From a virus, in the IMG/VR virus record IMGVR_UViG_3300035150_000015, positions 40,444 to 104,443 of that record: a stretch of 64,000 bases of DNA. One strand, 5' to 3'. Below, in pieces: positions 59,301 through 64,000 of this stretch (position 1 is its first letter; each line of letters begins with the position of its first letter). A program made the translations under genes and the position numbers. The notes below the pieces were generated by a model. The model did not search any database, was not told where the DNA came from, and saw only the letters and a program-made list of their open reading frames with translations.

Positions 59301-59664
59301 TCCAAGTCCAATCGTCGATGCCCCTAAGAGTAACAAACCAACAATTGTACCTAGCGTCCGCCGGGATACCTGGAACTCCACCGGTCCACAGGCCACGACC
59401 TGGGGGAAGAGCCTGTCCTGTCCAGAACAAGTGAAATAGCTGCTGGGCCTCTCTCGGGGAAACCCCGGGCGACAGGTTCGTGTTTCCTTCCACTACCCTA
59501 CGGATTGTATCCGTCCACGTCTCTACGTTCCCTCTGCAATACTTCGTAAGATAGGTAGACCGGGCCAAGAGGGAAGAGAATGGGTCGCCCTCCTGACGAT
59601 AAGGGTCCAAGAATTCTTCCTCCAATCTGATCTGGGACGGGCGAGCAACTGTAACAATCTCCAT
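56332..59664 (-). CDS. nrdJ: Class II (B12-dependent, monomeric-type) ribonucleotide reductase with intein
   Basis: PPGRGLW, YNC, GNVRRSA, NP|CGE, CNL, KPSGT, C-terminal CSSGAC; extein about 646 aa. Confidence 0.9.
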   Translation of the reverse strand: MEIVTVARPSQIRLEEEFLDPYRQEGDPFSSLLARSTYLTKYCRGNVETWTDTIRRVVEGNTNLSPGVSPREAQQLFHLFWTGQALPPGRGLWTGGVPGIPADARYNCWFVTLRGIDDWTWTANQLMLGGGVGVGLGSLDTLPDVVDNQARFAVWCREDHPDYDEVHPEGPAFLNGSTPRYLCEDSREGWVTSLGKVLEAAYAGKDLVIDVSDVRPRGSLIRTFGGIACGPGPLAHLLRAAWGIIRGARGRRLTSVEALDITNHIGLCIKSGNVRRSAIIALGEATDQSFRDAKKDWEAVSSHRHTSNNSIMFRSWGQLEDFNWERLVTDNIEYGEPGIINLPLIWQTDPGATGINPCFSGDTLIAVADGRNAVSIQQLAEEGLDVPVYSMNKATGKVEIKMGRNPRVTGYAKKLVRVWLDDGGYLDTTPDHKFVLRDGSVVVASELESGMSLPRFTKALERVKKGSKDYYLVHCNTLDYHDSRVFEHRLIARFHDPERWKEVYSTCRQNGFANTGGLVVHHKDYDQLNNSPENLQIMTFREHARLHGEIDQTGEKNGRWSGLSNGDIREHALGLTRKLGRRFSRKEWREHAKELGLPQRFSEFRSNSLGSILTLAKSCALELGFEAVGEDPRVVRTYQSMLEQGYDARLKDGRVLVPKVCEGCGASFEVSHEHREYSFCSNACGTLYLNSDPSVKARRVAGTDKTHSARMKDTKLKQAKAFSDLKFSLGRPPNRKEWSFFCKSEGLPFRIGPTLKFGFRSFEEVAEAGNSYNHKVARVEELSGEHTVYNITVDDFHTVATVTSTRSKGGSLSYIGVYVANCGEVPLADREACNLAEVFPAKFKPSTDPRSVFRLVTRYCLRQRLQTLLDPESDAIQRKNMRVGVGLGGICDFEWTPDLLADWYGYVRYEADNYADGLRVNRPIAVTTTKPSGTTSLLNGSSPGIHAPHAPYYIRRTRIAKNDPMSEAMMEAGVPFEEDCYDKTRRTWVFSFPAKAQNSRVTSKNETLRGQFERQAAIQEWWSDNAVSATLNFDPETEREELASCLREFVPRLKSTSCLPRSHGYAQPPYESCTRLEYEEMYGQIKHDSLLVRGGDMEVEECSSGACPIR
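57202..58593 (-). mobile_element. Intein (464 aa) with HNH endonuclease at the RNR catalytic cysteine
   Basis: Starts CFSGDT, TPDH block B, VHHKD...N...NL, ends YVAN followed by Cys. Confidence 0.9.
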
Positions 59665-59671
59665 GGGTTCC

Positions 59672-60643
59672 TCACGTAGAAATAGCTAAGACGGCCAACT
59701 CGATACGAGTCCTCTTCGAATTGGCCGCTCCTTTGACTTGGGATTCCAGTCCACATAGCATTTGCATTTGATTTAGGAGGTGGCTGAACTTATGAGCCCT
59801 AGCCAAAGGCACGAGGTTCTTCTCGCAAGCAAAAGCATGCATGTTGAGCCATCGAGCTATAATCTTCACCTCGTCCCCCTTGTCTAGCATCTGACGAGCA
59901 ACGAGGATCTTCTCAGCTTGATTCATCAGGGCACTGACGATCTGCACTGAAGCGGAGTCCCCAGCGCTCTTGTAGAGAGACGAAGCAATCTTGAGGGCGG
60001 TAACGGGCTTTTTTCTAAAGGCTGCATCCGCTACCTGAAAGGCACTAGACGAGTTGAGAGGAGTCACCACCGAAATGACATGAGACTTTTCTACCTTGAC
60101 CCCCTCACCCACCAGATGAACCAGCTTCTTGAGCTCGTTCACTGTAGGGCCCAAGTTGTCCCCCAGCAAATGATAGAAGGCCTCAGCAACACCTTCCCCG
60201 AGAACCAAATTCAGGCCCTTGGCCTCTTTCCGAATCCTAGCCAAAATCTTGTCAACTTGCCAAGGTTTGTAAGCCTCAAAATGGTACACCTTCCCCTTTA
60301 GTCCCGCTTTTGCCCACACCCCCTTCAATTCTTTAGACCGGACGGCGGCCAACAAAACAACAGAAGTGTCCCCAGGGTCCTTCTCCTCAATATACTCTTC
60401 CAGTGCTTCCTCCCCGGACACCTTGTGAGCGTTGTCCAAAATGACAGCCCGGTTGACGACCCGGTCTATCTCAAAACTAGGGACCGACTCGCAAGCAGAC
60501 ACAACCTCCCCGCCAGTCAACTTAGTCCCATCCAGAACCGTAACAAAACGGTCCCCACCTGCCCGCCCTCTGGCCAAGAGCCGGTCTATAAGGAACCCTT
60601 CTTCTCCATAAGCGATGACAAAAGGATGCTTCCTAGGTGCCAT
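59672..60643 (-). CDS. holA: DNA polymerase III delta subunit
   Basis: YGEEGFL, NELKKL, FQVADA pattern; adjacent to holB. Confidence 0.75.
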   Translation of the reverse strand: MAPRKHPFVIAYGEEGFLIDRLLARGRAGGDRFVTVLDGTKLTGGEVVSACESVPSFEIDRVVNRAVILDNAHKVSGEEALEEYIEEKDPGDTSVVLLAAVRSKELKGVWAKAGLKGKVYHFEAYKPWQVDKILARIRKEAKGLNLVLGEGVAEAFYHLLGDNLGPTVNELKKLVHLVGEGVKVEKSHVISVVTPLNSSSAFQVADAAFRKKPVTALKIASSLYKSAGDSASVQIVSALMNQAEKILVARQMLDKGDEVKIIARWLNMHAFACEKNLVPLARAHKFSHLLNQMQMLCGLESQVKGAANSKRTRIELAVLAIST

Positions 60644-60654
60644 AAAGGTTCCGT

Positions 60655-61623
60655 CTACCCGCAAAAAACGGTGGCAAATAAAGACTTTACATGGAATGGG
60701 ATATTGATCTTGCCACGAGACCGATCTTGGAAGATCTTGAGTCCATCCTGGAGCGCCATCAGCCGGTTATCCCCAAGTTGTCCCCTTAGAACCTCAAGCT
60801 CCTCTAAAAGATCGGCATTCACAAGACGAGAGGAGTCGTACTTCACCATTACCAGATCTCGCACCAAGAAGTCGAGGAACCGCAGACCCAGAGACAGCTC
60901 GTCGTCCTCAGGCTTCTTTGAGTAGAGGTTATCCACAGAGGAGAAAATAAGAGACAAGTCACCACTTAGGCCCAATTTCACAATGCTCAAAATTCGGTTT
61001 CTCAGGTCTAGGACACCGGCACCAGAATAGCTGACGGCCCTGCCAATCGAACCTTCTGCTAGGCGTGTGTACACAAGAGCTCTAAGGGGGTCCATTCCAG
61101 ATTCGTCGTCTCCAGTAAGCACCTTCTTCACGAACTCTTCACTCAACCTGTTGTACCTAACTTCACCACACCGGGAACGGATGGTCGGTAGAACTGCTTC
61201 CGCACGTTCGACCAGAAGAAAAAACTGGGTCCTTTTAGGGGGTTGTTCCAATGTCTTCAACAGAGCATTCCCGGCGGCCGAAGTCATTCTGTCTGCACCG
61301 TCCACCAGGACAAATCGAGTCTTCGCCAAAGACGGAAATGTAACGGTCGACCGAATGAGGCCACGGACTGTGTCGACTCCGATTTCTTTCCCCTCCTGGG
61401 GTTTGACCAGAATGAAATCGGGGTGCACACCATGGTCAACTTGGTAGCAATGAGGGCTCGAGGGGTTTCCCTTGGACCAAAGTTCTTTGGCGGCCTCAGC
61501 CACTGAAAAACGGCGACCCACGCCCTCTTCCCCGACCAACAAAAGGGGGTCCGTGATTTTGCCCTCAACTACCTTTCTAAGGTAGCGTACCCCCAATTCT
61601 TGTTCTCGTACATCACTCAGCAA
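60655..61623 (-). CDS. holB: DNA polymerase III delta-prime subunit
   Basis: GEEGVG, HPDF, ADRMT..A.NALLKTLE.P, TIRSRC. Confidence 0.88.
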   Translation of the reverse strand: MLSDVREQELGVRYLRKVVEGKITDPLLLVGEEGVGRRFSVAEAAKELWSKGNPSSPHCYQVDHGVHPDFILVKPQEGKEIGVDTVRGLIRSTVTFPSLAKTRFVLVDGADRMTSAAGNALLKTLEQPPKRTQFFLLVERAEAVLPTIRSRCGEVRYNRLSEEFVKKVLTGDDESGMDPLRALVYTRLAEGSIGRAVSYSGAGVLDLRNRILSIVKLGLSGDLSLIFSSVDNLYSKKPEDDELSLGLRFLDFLVRDLVMVKYDSSRLVNADLLEELEVLRGQLGDNRLMALQDGLKIFQDRSRGKINIPFHVKSLFATVFCG

Positions 61624-61816
61624 TGGTGTTCTCCGGCAGTAGATTTCGAGAGCGTCCTTCCACAGGAACCATCTGTATTACTACGAGATAGTTCTGACCA
61701 CATTCGGAACACTCGAGTCTATCAGGGGCTACCCCTGTTGATTCCAATCTACCTTTACACCGAAGACACTTAATGTAGCCACCCAACAAAGTGGGATTCT
61801 TCTTTGGATCAGGCAT
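61613..61816 (-). CDS. Small zinc-ribbon protein
   Basis: CLRC...CSEC. Confidence 0.55.
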   Translation of the reverse strand: MPDPKKNPTLLGGYIKCLRCKGRLESTGVAPDRLECSECGQNYLVVIQMVPVEGRSRNLLPENTIAE

Positions 61817-61822
61817 GAAAAC

Positions 61823-62629
61823 CTACTTCACCAAACGACGGAAACGAAGGAAGTCATAGACCATACCCCAAGGAAAATTGTCCTGAATCCTACCCAGTCG
61901 AGCAGCATTCAGAGTCTGGTCAATGTAAGTCCTAATCTTATTCCGACTCCAACACATGAAGTAGTATTGGGAAGTCACGAAGTGATCTTCCATATTGGTC
62001 TTGAGGCGTTCGTCTGTCGAGTAACCAAGCCATTGACACAGAGCCAGAGACATAGAATAACCACGCTTCTCCCAATGCGTGCGGCTAGGAGACGGCCAGG
62101 GGCCGAGACAAAGAAGGCCACCCAAGAACCACAAAGATGACCACCCGGCCAAGAACCCTGAGAGACAGAGAGCCCCCGCCAAACCAAGAACCAAGAGGAT
62201 AATGGACAAGACCCTCCACCGGGCAACAACACAAGCCAGCAAGTAAACTGTCAGGGGGAGAAGAAGCAAAACAGCTTTCCAGCCAGCAAGGAATACAAAT
62301 ACGGCCAGGGGTATGACACACAAGATCTGGGGAAAGAGGTAGGACAATGTAAACCACAGAGGATTTCTCTTGTGGTCACAAGCATGAACAAACTCATGGG
62401 CCAAAACATTGAATGACCTCTGAGGCTTTGACGTGTAGTACTTTTCCGACGGGAAGGCCACACCGGTACCCAAAGTAGTCACAAATTCAGTCATGTAGCC
62501 AGGATTCACAGGTTTCAACAGAAAACCAAGAACTTTGTGTGTTACAGACTGGTCCTTGTAGGAAATACCCAATTCTGGAATTTTCTCCCGGAGGAAAGCC
62601 TCGAATTCCCGCAGAGTACCCAAATTCAT
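61823..62629 (-). CDS. Membrane HExxH metallopeptidase-like protein
   Basis: LAHEFVH followed by several hydrophobic helices and WEKRGY. Confidence 0.6.
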   Translation of the reverse strand: MNLGTLREFEAFLREKIPELGISYKDQSVTHKVLGFLLKPVNPGYMTEFVTTLGTGVAFPSEKYYTSKPQRSFNVLAHEFVHACDHKRNPLWFTLSYLFPQILCVIPLAVFVFLAGWKAVLLLLPLTVYLLACVVARWRVLSIILLVLGLAGALCLSGFLAGWSSLWFLGGLLCLGPWPSPSRTHWEKRGYSMSLALCQWLGYSTDERLKTNMEDHFVTSQYYFMCWSRNKIRTYIDQTLNAARLGRIQDNFPWGMVYDFLRFRRLVK

Positions 62630-62636
62630 GACTACC

Positions 62637-62891
62637 TCAAATTTGAAATGACCCTCCTACCCTCAGCGCCCAAGTGTGGTTACACTTAACACAACGATAG
62701 GCTCTCTGGCCAATCTGAGGGGGAGACTCTAATTTTATTTCCACAGCCTCCATCGAGTCACACTTCTCGTTTCGGCACTTGAGAAAGATCACGGATTCCT
62801 TAGGAGTAGCCTTCTCGGCCAAACCAGGAGTGACTCCAGCAGGGTCGATTTGGGCTGTCTCAGGGGCTTCAGCGGAGTTCTTGTCTGACAT
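62637..62891 (-). CDS. Small zinc-ribbon protein
   Basis: CRNEKC...YRCVKCNHTW. Confidence 0.55.
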   Translation of the reverse strand: MSDKNSAEAPETAQIDPAGVTPGLAEKATPKESVIFLKCRNEKCDSMEAVEIKLESPPQIGQRAYRCVKCNHTWALRVGGSFQI

Positions 62892-62909
62892 GTGAGTTTT
62901 CCTTTACAT

Positions 62910-63302
62910 CTAGAGATTCGAAGTAGGATAAGATTCGGGGAAGAGGGTCTCAAGAATGCCCAATACGTGCTGGTAGCGCTGACTCTGATGCGTTTCCACC
63001 AAAGCAGAGTCATCCGCCACCTCGGGGTTCAAAGACACCCCAGGGGGCCCCATAAACGTCAAGTATGAAGTGAAAACCCCCTCCTTCACCAGAGGGGCGA
63101 TCTTTTCCCAATCCTCATTGAGAATGGCCACATCAAAGTTTCGGCCAGAGAGCCGTACGAACTTCGTATTCTTTACGACACGAACTCCAACACGGCTCCC
63201 CGGATTCGACCAGGCAATTAAAGCTACAGCCACTTCGGGCAGATCTTGCTTGCGTAGGCGAGAAAGCCTACGGCCATTTACGAGAGCGAGTCTAGAATCC
63301 AC
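62910..63302 (-). CDS. Hypothetical protein
   Basis: Probable GTG start at 63302 downstream of motif B (63317-63328). Confidence 0.5.
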   Translation of the reverse strand: MDSRLALVNGRRLSRLRKQDLPEVAVALIAWSNPGSRVGVRVVKNTKFVRLSGRNFDVAILNEDWEKIAPLVKEGVFTSYLTFMGPPGVSLNPEVADDSALVETHQSQRYQHVLGILETLFPESYPTSNL

Positions 63303-63316
63303 TCTAGGAGGGATCC

Positions 63317-63328
63317 ACAAGAAGACTA
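63317..63328 (-). promoter_or_regulatory. Motif B TAGTCTTCTTGT
   Basis: One mismatch to the 8413/9075 copies; immediately after the groEL stop. Confidence 0.5.
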
Positions 63329-63330
63329 GT

Positions 63331-64000
63331 CTACCGATCAGCCGGTTTGGGCGGAGTAGACTTTCGAACCAAAGTTTCTGTAGTAAGCATAAGGCTGGCC
63401 ACAGAAACAGCGTTGATCAGCGCACTAACCACGACTTTGGTGGGGTCAAGGATGCCAGCCTCCATCATGTTCTTAGGCTGCAAGTCAGTGGCATCGACTC
63501 CAACAAAAAGGTCCTGGTCCTCAAGACGCTCCAGCCAGACCTCCCCATTGGCTCCAGCATTTTTCAGGATCTGCCGCATAGGCTCACGACAGGCCTCCCG
63601 AACCAACTCCGCTCCAGCCAACGCATCCCCAGACAATGCCTCCCATTCTCGGCAAGTGACGGCCTCCTGGGCAGCCCTCCATAGAGCCACCCCTCCACCA
63701 GCGACCACACCAGAATCTACCGACGCACGGGTAGCGTAAAGGGCATCTTCCATCCGGGCCTTGAGCTCCTTCAGTTCAACCTCAGTGGAGGCCCCCACCT
63801 TGATGATGCATACACCACCCTGAAGTTTCCCGAGGCGATCCCGAAGATGGTCAGCGTCGTACTCCGAGCCAGACCTTTCAATCTCAGCCCGAATCTGAGT
63901 CTCACGAAGATCGATGGCTTCACTGTCACCACTACCATCAATAATAGTGGTGGTCTTGTCAGTTACCTTAACACGGCCAGCCTGCCCCAAGAAGAACAAA
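63331..64000 (-). CDS. groEL: Chaperonin GroEL, C-terminal part (5' end outside window)
   Basis: KLQGGVCIIKVGASTEVE, EDALYATRA, GGGVAL, GILDPTKV; no GGM tail. Confidence 0.95.
   Translation of the reverse strand, partial: LFFLGQAGRVKVTDKTTTIIDGSGDSEAIDLRETQIRAEIERSGSEYDADHLRDRLGKLQGGVCIIKVGASTEVELKELKARMEDALYATRASVDSGVVAGGGVALWRAAQEAVTCREWEALSGDALAGAELVREACREPMRQILKNAGANGEVWLERLEDQDLFVGVDATDLQPKNMMEAGILDPTKVVVSALINAVSVASLMLTTETLVRKSTPPKPADR

Noticed and set aside
1-64000. Stop-codon reassignment (alternative genetic code)
   Set aside because: Known genes are full length in the standard code, and TAA, TAG and TGA all end genes with tight coupling.
1-64000. Numerous + strand ORFs (e.g. 4775-5476, 32736-33752, 45415-46164, 48891-49610)
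   Set aside because: They lie antisense to well-supported minus-strand genes and show no recognisable motifs, so they are treated as shadow ORFs.
34673-64000. Bacterial chromosome origin for the replication genes
   Set aside because: The genes are divergent, packed in non-bacterial order, share promoter-like motifs with the adjoining virion module, and no ribosomal or metabolic operons are present.
1-64000. tRNA or rRNA genes
   Set aside because: Intergenic gaps are short, and no cloverleaf or T-loop signature was recognised by eye; tRNAscan-SE would confirm.

Overview
This 64 kb window comes from a large (probably jumbo) tailed dsDNA bacteriophage. It uses the standard genetic code, and essentially every real gene is on the minus strand. 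From ~34.6 kb to 64 kb lies a bacterial-style replication/recombination module. It contains GroEL (partial), HolB, HolA, class II RNR with an intein, NAD-dependent ligase, RecD2, SSB, RuvC, RecA, a split SbcC plus SbcD, a PD-(D/E)xK nuclease, a beta-clamp, a primase core, DnaX, a NusG/5'-exonuclease fusion, a tandem sigma-region-4 protein and a triple HNH protein. From 1 to ~34.6 kb lies a head morphogenesis module. It contains probable TerS, TerL with an intein, portal, prohead protease with an intein, scaffold, decoration proteins, an HK97-type major capsid protein and many probable internal head proteins. UNG, a LAGLIDADG-methyltransferase fusion and an LRR gene are interspersed in this module. 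The most unusual signals read directly from the sequence are: (i) two non-sigma70 promoter-like motifs that separate replication from structural genes, the second usually followed by a hairpin burying the ribosome-binding site; (ii) a NusG-flap-nuclease fusion next to a sigma4-only protein; (iii) a truncated capsid paralog inside the replication cluster; (iv) a recurring [K/R]-x-A-[S/A] motif in head proteins, a candidate maturation cleavage signal; (v) a homing endonuclease fused to a DNA methyltransferase. All calls come from motif recognition by eye, and no database searches were run.
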